35,484 nt of DNA from a virus (lineage: Duplodnaviria > Caudoviricetes), in IMG/VR virus record IMGVR_UViG_3300030397_000075, positions 1-35,484 of that record. One strand, given 5' to 3'. The position numbers were made by a program, and so were the translations under genes. The stretch's first letter is position 1, and each line of letters opens with the position of its first letter. This document shows, piece by piece, positions 1 to 7,075 of the stretch. Below the pieces are notes generated by a model that saw nothing but the letters and a program-made list of their open reading frames with translations, ran no database searches and was not told where the DNA came from.

Positions 1-2
1 TT

Positions 3-80
3 GACAAGGGTATTTTTGAACCGAGGACTCCGGTAATGGCAACGCCTTTGAGAGACATGTTTCAACCATTGCAGCCATGA
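3..80 (+). CDS. 3' end of an upstream gene (partial, ...DKGIFEPRTPVMATPLRDMFQPLQP*)
   Basis: Open frame from the window edge to TGA 78-80, overlapping the next ATG as ATGA; read by eye. Confidence 0.45.
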   Translation, partial: DKGIFEPRTPVMATPLRDMFQPLQP

Positions 81-247
81 AGCACATAACCCCAAAGATC
101 ACATTAAAAGGCAGCCTATTGGTAAGGTTGGAGAGGTACAATGAAAAGCATCATCCAGGTAGAAGGGTACAGAGGAGTATCTACGAACTACTGGAGAGGG
201 CTTTGAGAAATGAGGAGGTGAAACAAAAATTGATAAACAAAAAATAA
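77..247 (+). CDS. 56-aa basic protein, possibly ribbon-helix-helix DNA-binding
   Basis: Not in ORF track. MKHITPKITLKGSLLVRLERYNEKHHPGRRVQRSIYELLERALRNEEVKQKLINKK: short beta-strand pattern followed by two amphipathic helices; ATGA-coupled start. Confidence 0.55.
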   Translation: MKHITPKITLKGSLLVRLERYNEKHHPGRRVQRSIYELLERALRNEEVKQKLINKK

Positions 248-252
248 GAGAA

Positions 253-429
253 ATGAGTGTACAAACGAAAGCAGATGATAGCCGCGACTATGCAAAAAAG
301 CTGATAAAAGAAGCGTATGAAGCCTTGCAAGTGGCTATAGATGAAGGAGATATTGAGTATTCGAAAAGTTATCTTGAAACTCTAGAGGATGCACTTTATG
401 GACTACGTAAAATAGCAAGAAAACTATAG
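253..429 (+). CDS. 58-aa helical hypothetical protein
   Basis: Not in ORF track. MSVQTKADDSRDYAKKLIKEAYEALQVAIDEGDIEYSKSYLETLEDALYGLRKIARKL; fills the gap between neighbours with an A-rich start context. Confidence 0.65.
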   Translation: MSVQTKADDSRDYAKKLIKEAYEALQVAIDEGDIEYSKSYLETLEDALYGLRKIARKL

Positions 430-433
430 TAAC

Positions 434-667
434 ATGCAGACGAGCTTTTACGTGCACAATAAGAGGTTAAATGATCTAAAAGCTTTTGTTCGGAGTGAGT
501 TATCATCAGCTCGCTTTAGGCACAACCCGTTAAAACATGGTTTAAAATGGTTTATAGCTTTAACGCTAGATGTTGATGACGGTCATAAACTAGATGAACT
601 AATGAACAAGTGGCGAGAGGAAGATCAAAATACTCAACATGCTAAAATAGTAACAGTATGGGAATAA
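434..667 (+). CDS. hypothetical phage protein (77 aa)
   Basis: ORF track; tightly packed in the + strand operon. Confidence 0.65.
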   Translation: MQTSFYVHNKRLNDLKAFVRSELSSARFRHNPLKHGLKWFIALTLDVDDGHKLDELMNKWREEDQNTQHAKIVTVWE

Positions 668-894
668 TAAGAGAATATCTTAAAAAGAGCCCACTAGAGT
701 CGCGCATAAAGGTTACGATACAGTATTGGTTTTTATCCGAGTATGGAGGTGCGCCATTTATGCCACTTGACGATAATGGGGAGGAGATACCCGAAGCTGT
801 AGAGGCTAATAGAATTTGCTATGAAAAGGCGCAACCTTTGATTGATATGGTTTTGCGAAAAATTGAGCAGTGGCGCAAAGATGGATGCCCATAA
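658..894 (+). CDS. hypothetical phage protein (78 aa)
   Basis: ORF track; overlaps previous gene and ends tail-to-tail with the integrase. Confidence 0.65.
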   Translation: MGIIREYLKKSPLESRIKVTIQYWFLSEYGGAPFMPLDDNGEEIPEAVEANRICYEKAQPLIDMVLRKIEQWRKDGCP

Positions 895-895
895 C

Positions 896-2044
896 TCACC
901 CAAAAACCCTATCCTGAGCGTCATCAGCTTCTTTATCGATCGACAGTTCTCCAAGATACTCTTCAGTAGTTTTAAGATCAGAATGGTTTAGAATACTTTG
1001 AAGGGTTCTGGAGCGTACACCCGCAGCTAATGACCATGAGGCAAACGTATGCCGCGCAACGTTAGTAGAAAGGTTCTTATCTATCTTGACGTATTTGGCA
1101 ATGAGTTTCAGGTGCAGGTTGATCGTGCTTACTTTACTCTCCACGTGCTTATTGAAGCGCACATCTACTTTCGGGTTACGGTAGTATTGTTTAAGTATAG
1201 GTAGTAGATACTCCCCTGCCCCTTCGTAACGCTTAATGATGTTATCAACTTCTGGCCGGATCTTAACGCTTTTCTTCTTGCCTGTTTTCTGCTCTGTAAA
1301 AATGAGTCTACCCGATATAACATTCTCAGGACGCAATAGAAGGATGTCTCTTATCCTAGTCCCTCCGGTGTAGAGGCACATGAGAAACGCATCCCTTGAC
1401 TCCTGGCATATATCACACATCGCAATAAGCGATACCTCTTCTTTGGTTAAGCGGTGCTTATAAGTTTTACGCCCCTTTGGGATGTTGTAGTTGAGCACCC
1501 TTTGGTCGGCATAGTTGCCCTTACGAGCTTGATCTATTAGAACCGTCTTTAAACTTTTGAGGTATCGGTTGACGGTTACGCTTGATCCGATGGTGTCCAA
1601 GCCTTCAAGGTATCTGCCAAAGTTTTGAAAGAACTCTAAGTTGCAGCCTCCCAAGGTTTCGTTAGGCCGAAAGGCTTTGATGTGTTCTGCAATGTTTTTG
1701 TACTTCCTGGTTGATGTGTGGGGCTTCCCTTCTGTAAAGTCAAGTATGCAGTCGTACAGCTTTGATCCCTTTGATCGAGGGTCAAGAAGATCGTGCGCGG
1801 TGTAGCTTACCCCGTTGTTTTCAAGTTCATATATCTTTGCCTCGGTTTCAGTGACGCGTTCCCTGAGCATTTTATTCATTTGCCCTGAATGAGGGTGCAA
1901 AGAAGATACACGAGTACCGTTCCAGAAGCGAGGCTCTACCTTGAAGAGTTGCTTCTTGGCTTGCTTTCGCTTGTGGATGATCCTAATGAACACGCCAAGC
2001 TCACCGGACTTGTACTCTTTTGTGAATATATTTACTGATGCCAT
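896..2044 (-). CDS. int: tyrosine recombinase / phage integrase (Bacteroidota-type arm-binding N-terminus, SAM-like domain, catalytic domain)
   Basis: Catalytic motifs GGTRIRDIL (R), EQKTGK (K), NVARHTFA (H-x-x-R with N in place of H), ILNHSDLKTTEEY (H...Y); N-terminal VFIRIIHKRKQAK arm domain. Confidence 0.95.
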   Translation of the reverse strand: MASVNIFTKEYKSGELGVFIRIIHKRKQAKKQLFKVEPRFWNGTRVSSLHPHSGQMNKMLRERVTETEAKIYELENNGVSYTAHDLLDPRSKGSKLYDCILDFTEGKPHTSTRKYKNIAEHIKAFRPNETLGGCNLEFFQNFGRYLEGLDTIGSSVTVNRYLKSLKTVLIDQARKGNYADQRVLNYNIPKGRKTYKHRLTKEEVSLIAMCDICQESRDAFLMCLYTGGTRIRDILLLRPENVISGRLIFTEQKTGKKKSVKIRPEVDNIIKRYEGAGEYLLPILKQYYRNPKVDVRFNKHVESKVSTINLHLKLIAKYVKIDKNLSTNVARHTFASWSLAAGVRSRTLQSILNHSDLKTTEEYLGELSIDKEADDAQDRVFG

Positions 2045-2085
2045 AACTGCTTACCCTATTTTTCTGGGGTAAACATAGGGCAACC

Positions 2086-2093
2086 CAAAACTA
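2086..2093 (-). promoter_or_regulatory. Bacteroidota primary-sigma -7 element, probable integrase promoter
   Basis: Minus strand TAGTTTTG matches TAnnTTTG, about 40 nt upstream of the int ATG; no clear -33 TTTG. Confidence 0.5.
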
Positions 2094-2120
2094 ACACTTA
2101 TACGGTATTTGTACTACAGA

Positions 2121-2158
2121 AACCAGAAGAAACCCCGTATTTACGGAGTTCTTCGGTT
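2121..2158 (-). terminator. imperfect hairpin, probable replacement terminator for the target RNA gene
   Basis: AACCAGAAGAAACCCCGTA / TACGGAGTTCTTCGGTT inverted repeat lying just 3' (minus strand) of the att core. Confidence 0.6.
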
Positions 2159-2301
2159 CCCCCGTGGAACTGCGGGGAGTTGAAAAATGTATTATATCTT
2201 TTTGTAATTCAAAGTTTTATAGTATCTTAGGGTCATCATAAGGCAAGCAACCTGCCGACAAATTGAGGGCTTCTGTGAGAGTCGCCTTCCAAAATATCTG
2301 A

Positions 2302-2862
2302 ATGAAGGAGATATTTATAAGAGTCGCGTTGCTTGCTCTTGCCGTTGTAGCATTCTTGGAGGCATTTACTAGCCTCGACATACTAGACCAAGACAAGACT
2401 ATATTTTGCGAAGAGATCGTGATCGACACGGTTACGAATGTCGTGGAGGTTCCAGGTCGTAACATTACAACGGTCGTGGAGTATGAGACCATCGACACGG
2501 TAGTAATGAGCCTGTATAAGGTTGACACTATCCGTGATGTGATCGTTAAGAACGTCCGAGATACCATCCTAGAGTACGTAAAGATCGGAGCGGAGTTTAA
2601 GGTGGACACTTTGGAGTTCCCGAATGCGGTCTTAGAATACGGCATCCTGACTAGAGGCGAATTAATAGGCTTCTACCCTTCTTTAACGGTAAAGTGTCCA
2701 AGCGTGGACTTGAATAGATGGAGCGTTGGAGCGGGAGCCGCTTACCCGTATATGGGGTTAGGTTCTGTGAAGTATCGGTTCAATAGTCGTTGGGATGGTC
2801 AATTGATTGGAGGTGTAGGAGAAAATAATTTCATTGGGTTTATTTCTAACTATTCGTTTTGA
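2302..2862 (+). CDS. membrane-anchored or exported protein with DT(V/I/L) repeats and C-terminal beta-strands ending in Phe (spanin-like or outer-membrane candidate)
   Basis: N-terminal hydrophobic helix; repeated DTV/DTI/DTL; Gly/aromatic alternating C-terminus ending ...FIGFISNYSF. Confidence 0.55.
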   Translation: MKEIFIRVALLALAVVAFLEAFTSLDILDQDKTIFCEEIVIDTVTNVVEVPGRNITTVVEYETIDTVVMSLYKVDTIRDVIVKNVRDTILEYVKIGAEFKVDTLEFPNAVLEYGILTRGELIGFYPSLTVKCPSVDLNRWSVGAGAAYPYMGLGSVKYRFNSRWDGQLIGGVGENNFIGFISNYSF

Positions 2863-2895
2863 GGGCTTCACGGGTGCAAGGTGAAGCCCTTTTTT
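2862..2895 (+). terminator. rho-independent terminator
   Basis: Perfect 10-bp stem AGGGCTTCAC/GTGAAGCCCT followed by a T-run, directly after the stop codon. Confidence 0.85.
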
Positions 2896-2900
2896 AAGTT

Positions 2901-3161
2901 ATGAGAGAAGCAAACACAAAATACCCTAACCTACCCAAGTACACCTTTCACAGTCAAGGGGTACACACGAAGGGCAAAACGGTACACAGTGAAGAGCCTA
3001 GGGTGAAGTTACCTGCGGGTTTTTGGGTGTGTACGGTGAGGATGGCTGACGGTCGGCCTAACAATACGAATACTTTGCTTATTCAGGGCAGAGGCGAGGC
3101 AGATGTAGAGGTAGTGGGAAAGGGGGCGGTTTATCAATTACAAAGAGTTAAAGATGTATAG
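2901..3161 (+). CDS. hypothetical protein (86 aa; true start uncertain)
   Basis: ORF track; end overlaps the next small ORF. Confidence 0.45.
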   Translation: MREANTKYPNLPKYTFHSQGVHTKGKTVHSEEPRVKLPAGFWVCTVRMADGRPNNTNTLLIQGRGEADVEVVGKGAVYQLQRVKDV

Positions 3162-3318
3162 TTCAAACGAAGGTAGTGGATCGGCAGGGTGGAAACGTCT
3201 GCTCTGCGCGGTTCCTTTTTTATTGATTGGCTGCGGTGCTGTGAAGGTGGATAGTAAGATGATGTGGGAGGACTTTCCAGAGCATGAGCATTATGTGGCT
3301 CCAAAATGTAACGAATGA
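3154..3318 (+). CDS. 54-aa putative lipoprotein
   Basis: Not in ORF track. MYSSNEGSGSAGWKRLLCAVPFLLIG/CGAVKVDSKMMWEDFPEHEHYVAPKCNE: KR, hydrophobic stretch, then LLIG-C lipobox; ATGA-coupled to the next gene. Confidence 0.55.
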   Translation: MYSSNEGSGSAGWKRLLCAVPFLLIGCGAVKVDSKMMWEDFPEHEHYVAPKCNE

Positions 3319-3413
3319 CAGAGCAAGAGGTACTGCTATTTTATTGGGTAGTATTGATGGTGGTCCTGGCTATCTTAATTGGGATGGTGCTATACTTAAC
3401 AAGAAGCGAATAA
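3315..3413 (+). CDS. 32-aa single-pass membrane peptide
   Basis: Not in ORF track. MTEQEVLLFYWVVLMVVLAILIGMVLYLTRSE; ATGA overlap upstream and TAATG overlap downstream. Confidence 0.65.
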   Translation: MTEQEVLLFYWVVLMVVLAILIGMVLYLTRSE

Positions 3414-3679
3414 TGAAAAAGATAATAGACCTACTGAAGCGACACAAGGTATCAATGACGCACTACAATAGTGCAGACTTTACCAACGAGATAGATTCGG
3501 CTATACGGGTTCTATCTGTGTACAGCCATGACCAAGAGCCGCAAGTACCTCGCAAGCTGGACGCAGTGGGGATGAATGGATTAATAAACGCTCTTATGGT
3601 GATGCGCGATAGCGGTATAAACGCGATAGAGATAGTGGACTGTGAGGATGGTAGTTTAAAAATTAAAGAGTTGAAATGA
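3413..3679 (+). CDS. hypothetical protein (88 aa, MKKIIDLLKRHK...)
   Basis: ORF track calls 3284..3679, but TAATG coupling favours the ATG at 3413. Confidence 0.6.
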   Translation: MKKIIDLLKRHKVSMTHYNSADFTNEIDSAIRVLSVYSHDQEPQVPRKLDAVGMNGLINALMVMRDSGINAIEIVDCEDGSLKIKELK

Positions 3680-4017
3680 CAGCAAAGGAGTTTTTACGTA
3701 AAAAAGGATGTGCATCTTTTGGCTGGCCTCAAATTGGGACAACTAATGGGGAGATACTTGTAAATGTCGATGATCTACTTGAAGAATATCACCAAGAAAA
3801 GCTAAAAGGACAATGGGTATCGACATCAGATCAAGAAGTACCTACTGATGGAACATATATACTTAGGTGGCATCGGAAGTGGAAGTGCCCAGTTGCTGTG
3901 TCTTTTCGACCGGACGCTGAGTTCCCCAATTTATTTTGGATAGAAAAAACAAAAACCGTAAGGTGGCCAGAAACGTCGTTTAGCCCTGCATGGATGCCAT
4001 TACCACCAAAACCATAA
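3676..4017 (+). CDS. DUF551-like phage protein
   Basis: QWVSTSDQEVP...WMPLPPKP pattern typical of DUF551-like domains. Confidence 0.65.
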   Translation: MTAKEFLRKKGCASFGWPQIGTTNGEILVNVDDLLEEYHQEKLKGQWVSTSDQEVPTDGTYILRWHRKWKCPVAVSFRPDAEFPNLFWIEKTKTVRWPETSFSPAWMPLPPKP

Positions 4018-4020
4018 ACC

Positions 4021-4539
4021 ATGAAATACCTATTACTACTATTACCATTTATCGGCATAAGCCAATCAGAAGGCTTGAGGGATATACCTGTGGCTGTCTA
4101 TAAGATCAAACCGAATGTGTTAAGGACGCCTACGGATACCCTTCCGTTTCTTGGGCAATTAAATGCACATGGAGAGATAGGGGTAGATGGGAGTGCATTG
4201 GGCTTATCTCTTCCGATGGCGTCATGCACGGAGAGGGAGCGGGCTATAAAGAAGCTAATGGTTGACATAAATTGCTTCGGGTTGACGGCTTCTGATTTGG
4301 GGTTTGACTGCGATAGTTCAAGGTGTGAGGGTGGTGTACATGATGCGTTCATAGTCAAGCAAGATGCGATTCATGTAAATAGACCGGAATGTGAGTATTT
4401 GGTAGCTGTATATCCAGCGCAGGTGCGTTTACCGATTGGGAGGTTGTTGCGGGGTAATCAAGGTAATGATACGTTGGATTGGATGTTCGTTTGTAAGGAT
4501 TGCTTTTATAAAGAGGGTGAATTAATGATACTGGACTAA
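4021..4539 (+). CDS. Cys-rich exported protein
   Basis: Signal peptide MKYLLLLLPFIGIS/Q; several Cys including a C-terminal CKDC. Confidence 0.6.
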   Translation: MKYLLLLLPFIGISQSEGLRDIPVAVYKIKPNVLRTPTDTLPFLGQLNAHGEIGVDGSALGLSLPMASCTERERAIKKLMVDINCFGLTASDLGFDCDSSRCEGGVHDAFIVKQDAIHVNRPECEYLVAVYPAQVRLPIGRLLRGNQGNDTLDWMFVCKDCFYKEGELMILD

Positions 4540-4928
4540 TGCAGAACCACACCAAAGTATACTACACCCAAATGGGATTTGATTACTGCGACTTTGTACC
4601 GTGTGAGATTAGCCAGTTGAAGGCCGTGGACATCCACCATATACGAGGGCGTGGTAAAATGGGTAGAGATACCTTGTGTAACCTTATGGCGGTAACTCGC
4701 AAGGAGCATGATAGGTATGGAGATAAAAAAGACTGGTACGAATACTTGATAAGATGTCATTTTGGGCGCATATGGGAGAGGATAAAGGAAGAAGGGATTA
4801 GTCCATTTGAACACATCTTCGAGAGCGCATTATCTGGATGCAAGGAGAGTAAATTATTTATAGAACGATACCCGAAAGAGTTTACCGAGTTGTGGTTTGA
4901 GTTTGCAGGGGCTAATATGGTGCAGTGA
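4539..4928 (+). CDS. HNH-fold (His-Me finger) nuclease-like protein
   Basis: CEIS...AVDIHHIRGRG...NLMAVTRKEHD motif; Zn-binding cysteines are degenerate. Confidence 0.7.
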   Translation: MQNHTKVYYTQMGFDYCDFVPCEISQLKAVDIHHIRGRGKMGRDTLCNLMAVTRKEHDRYGDKKDWYEYLIRCHFGRIWERIKEEGISPFEHIFESALSGCKESKLFIERYPKEFTELWFEFAGANMVQ

Positions 4929-5057
4929 CGGTTTGTATAAAAATTGAAGCCGTAAGCAAGCGAGAAAAATCGGAAATACCGATTAATTATTAAACAGACA
5001 AAAGCTTTAAAATCAAGCACCTTAACAGGCTTTTGTTTTTATACTTTGTTAGGGTGC
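4925..5057 (+). repeat. attC-like hairpin element 1
   Basis: TGAC-GGTTT-GTATAAAAA-ttg-AAGCC (4935-4951) ... GGCTT-ttg-TTTTTATAC (5028-5044)-TTT-GTTAGGGTGC (5048-5057); internal hairpin AATCGG/CCGATT. Confidence 0.6.
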
Positions 5058-5066
5058 GTTTTTATT

Positions 5067-5285
5067 ATGAGTAGTAGATTTAAAAGCATAAACAGTATTC
5101 AGATTTACGAAACAAACGGAACTGAAAACAAAGGATTGGAAAGCAAAATGCCAAAGCTGACGGTAAGCGAGCATTGGAACAGAAAACAATTAGTAGTGAT
5201 TGAAATTGATGGTGTAAAACATACGGTGGTTGCAGATGAACTAAAGCGAGCGATTGACAACGCACAAAATGCCCATAGCTGGTAA
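5067..5285 (+). CDS. hypothetical protein (72 aa), cassette-like gene
   Basis: ATG 5067 preferred over TTG 5046; bracketed by GTTAGGGTGC and its exact reverse complement GCACCCTAAC. Confidence 0.7.
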   Translation: MSSRFKSINSIQIYETNGTENKGLESKMPKLTVSEHWNRKQLVVIEIDGVKHTVVADELKRAIDNAQNAHSW

Positions 5286-5286
5286 T

Positions 5287-5423
5287 GCACCCTAACGGAA
5301 ACTGATAAACACAGTAGCGATATGAAAAACGAAAGAATCGAAATACTACGGAAGGTAGCTAACGGAGGACTAACGCCCGAACAAGCTGATGAGCAACTAT
5401 TGGGTTTATCTATTGTTGGCGTT
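5287..5423 (+). repeat. attC-like hairpin element 2
   Basis: GCACCCTAAC-GGAAACT-GATAAACACAGTAG (5304-5317) ... CTATTGGGTTTATC (5397-5410)-TATT-GTTGGCGTT (5415-5423). Confidence 0.6.
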
Positions 5424-5576
5424 TCGTTGCCTGTCGAAAGTTTTGATGTAAATGATTGGTTAGGCGAGAACAGGGATATATGGCATCACCCTTACATTTC
5501 AGATAGAACAAATACCAATGGGTATGAAGTTGCTCAACTAATAGCAGATTTTGCAAATAGTATTGTTAAGCAATGA
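5322..5576 (+). CDS. hypothetical protein (84 aa) starting inside hairpin element 2
   Basis: ORF track; N-terminus MKNERIEILRKVANGGLTPEQADEQLL is a SHOCT-like helical hairpin; stop is followed by AACGCTAAC. Confidence 0.7.
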   Translation: MKNERIEILRKVANGGLTPEQADEQLLGLSIVGVSLPVESFDVNDWLGENRDIWHHPYISDRTNTNGYEVAQLIADFANSIVKQ

Positions 5577-5697
5577 ACGCTAACAATGTATATGCACACC
5601 CTACTATGCAATACCTAGTAACTATATACACCCAAAACGGAGGCAAAAGCGCACCTAATGACCAAAATATCCAACAATAAGGACAATAACATGGATA

Positions 5698-5916
5698 ATG
5701 ACTGATATAATGGACAAAAAGCTAGAGTGCTTAAAAGCAGAATTAGAAAAGATGTACGCAGTCGAACTGCTTGAATACCATGATAAAAACCATTTATCTG
5801 GCAACGACAAAAGCAGATGCGAAACTAGACTAGAGCAATTGAAGTATGCAATGGAGTTGGTAGCTGAATTAACTAGCCACACCCTTAGTAAAGAAAACGA
5901 TCAAAAACTTAAGTAG
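5698..5916 (+). CDS. hypothetical helical protein
   Basis: ORF track. Confidence 0.6.
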   Translation: MTDIMDKKLECLKAELEKMYAVELLEYHDKNHLSGNDKSRCETRLEQLKYAMELVAELTSHTLSKENDQKLK

Positions 5917-6173
5917 TGAAATACAAAGTAAAAGTAAACACCCCTGCATACTTCAAGGTAAACGGCCCAGATGGGATTACCCTGGAGGGAGCCGGAGCGA
6001 TACATGCGGGAACGGTTGTAACTCTTTTAGCTTGTGGCCCAGATGAGGTGCCAACAAGGCTTGCTCCTTATCGAGTAGAAGGTAGAGAAGAGATCAAAGA
6101 ACCGTATTGGATCAACAAGAACGATGTGGAGTTAATGGAGGGGTACACTGAAGGAGTAAGGGAAGAGGAGTGA
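5916..6173 (+). CDS. hypothetical protein, possibly SH3-like beta barrel (GTG start)
   Basis: ORF track; TAGTG coupling; ...WINKNDVELM ending. Confidence 0.6.
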   Translation: MKYKVKVNTPAYFKVNGPDGITLEGAGAIHAGTVVTLLACGPDEVPTRLAPYRVEGREEIKEPYWINKNDVELMEGYTEGVREEE

Positions 6174-6400
6174 AACTATGGCAACAAATGACCAACGCAG
6201 CACATTGGAGGCGCGGCATGTACGCAAAGGCATGTTGTTGGCTAGAGTGCTACAACTGTAAAACATCATGGCAAAAACTAGAGGGAATGGTACACATGCT
6301 ATACAAGGGCGCGGACAGTTACCCGATATGCGACGACTGCCTAGCGGAAGTATTATCGCAGTGCGAAAGCTACGAAGAGGAGAAAGGGTCTACATGCTAG
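6170..6400 (+). CDS. small Zn-finger-like protein
   Basis: CYNC...CDDC motifs; GTGA-coupled start. Confidence 0.6.
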   Translation: MKLWQQMTNAAHWRRGMYAKACCWLECYNCKTSWQKLEGMVHMLYKGADSYPICDDCLAEVLSQCESYEEEKGSTC

Positions 6401-6633
6401 CAGAGAAGGATGTTGAACCGGCACAAGTAAAACTCACTAAAAAGCCACCCCTTGAGGGGGACTACATGGTGTTTAGGACTTTCGGTAAATTGAGGTTCAT
6501 GGTAAAAGAAGAGAGAACCATATACTGCATGGCACGAAACAGTGTACACGCAAAAAAGAAGTTTCACGAAGAGCTTTGGCATAGGTATTTTGATAAGGCA
6601 ATTCAAGAAGCCGTAAATTCAGAAGAAGAATGA
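6394..6633 (+). CDS. hypothetical protein (79 aa, MLAEKDVEP...)
   Basis: ORF track calls 6268..6633; the ATG at 6394 avoids a long overlap with the previous gene. Confidence 0.55.
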   Translation: MLAEKDVEPAQVKLTKKPPLEGDYMVFRTFGKLRFMVKEERTIYCMARNSVHAKKKFHEELWHRYFDKAIQEAVNSEEE

Positions 6634-6968
6634 CAATAGTTTACGCATTTATCGGAGGGGCTTTATTCTTTTACCTGATGATGTTCGGATGGACGGCATT
6701 GCAGTACAAGATGCCAGTGCCAAAATATAAGGCACCCGTTCCCACGATGAAGGCATACAAAGTTTACGGTGGGTCAATGGATAAGAGGGCTCTCCTAAGT
6801 GATGGATCAGAAAAAATTCGGGACGTCAACAACGTCGAGTACATGGACGCGTTCACAAAAGAAGAGTTCATACACGCAACCTCCCTGCTGCCCAAGAGAG
6901 TGCTATTAAAGAAACTTGAAGAGTTGGAGATGTTCGAACAGTGCGCATGGTTAAGCGAGAGAAAATGA
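6630..6968 (+). CDS. membrane-anchored hypothetical protein
   Basis: N-terminal transmembrane segment IVYAFIGGALFFYLMMFGW. Confidence 0.65.
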   Translation: MTIVYAFIGGALFFYLMMFGWTALQYKMPVPKYKAPVPTMKAYKVYGGSMDKRALLSDGSEKIRDVNNVEYMDAFTKEEFIHATSLLPKRVLLKKLEELEMFEQCAWLSERK

Positions 6969-7075
6969 AACTTATATTACCAAAAAGTTGTATATTTATA
7001 GGGCTTTCCCAGCAACTACCTAAAGATAAGTTTGGACTATACCATCGGGCCGGTGTCGGCTCTTAACCCAATGCT

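Larger units (their letters stand above)
2051..2246. other. attP site: tmRNA/tRNA-Ala-like core flanked by integrase arm-type repeats
   Basis: Core 2164-2184 reads TTCAACTCCCCGCAGTTCCAC on the minus strand (T-loop, T-stem, 3' acceptor strand, discriminator A). Repeats TGGGGTAAACATAGGGCAA (2065-2083) and TAGGGTCATCATAAGGCAA (2228-2246) match at 15/19 and flank the core; inverted copy TTACCCTA at 2051-2058. Confidence 0.8.

Noticed and set aside
896-2044. Integrase as an integron integrase (IntI) serving the cassette array
   Set aside because: It has an arm-binding N-terminus and an adjacent attP, and I cannot recognise the IntI-specific insertion; it looks like an ordinary prophage integrase
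2164-2184. Complete tRNA or tmRNA gene
   Set aside because: Only the 3' fragment from the T-loop onward is present; the 5' T-stem strand and the rest of the gene are missing
3284-3412. N-terminal extension of ORF 3284..3679
   Set aside because: The region is better explained by two coupled small genes in other frames and a TAATG-coupled start at 3413
6991-6998. TATATTTA as a -7 promoter element upstream of 7076
   Set aside because: One mismatch to TAnnTTTG in an AT-rich gap with no supporting -33 element; plausible but not supportable
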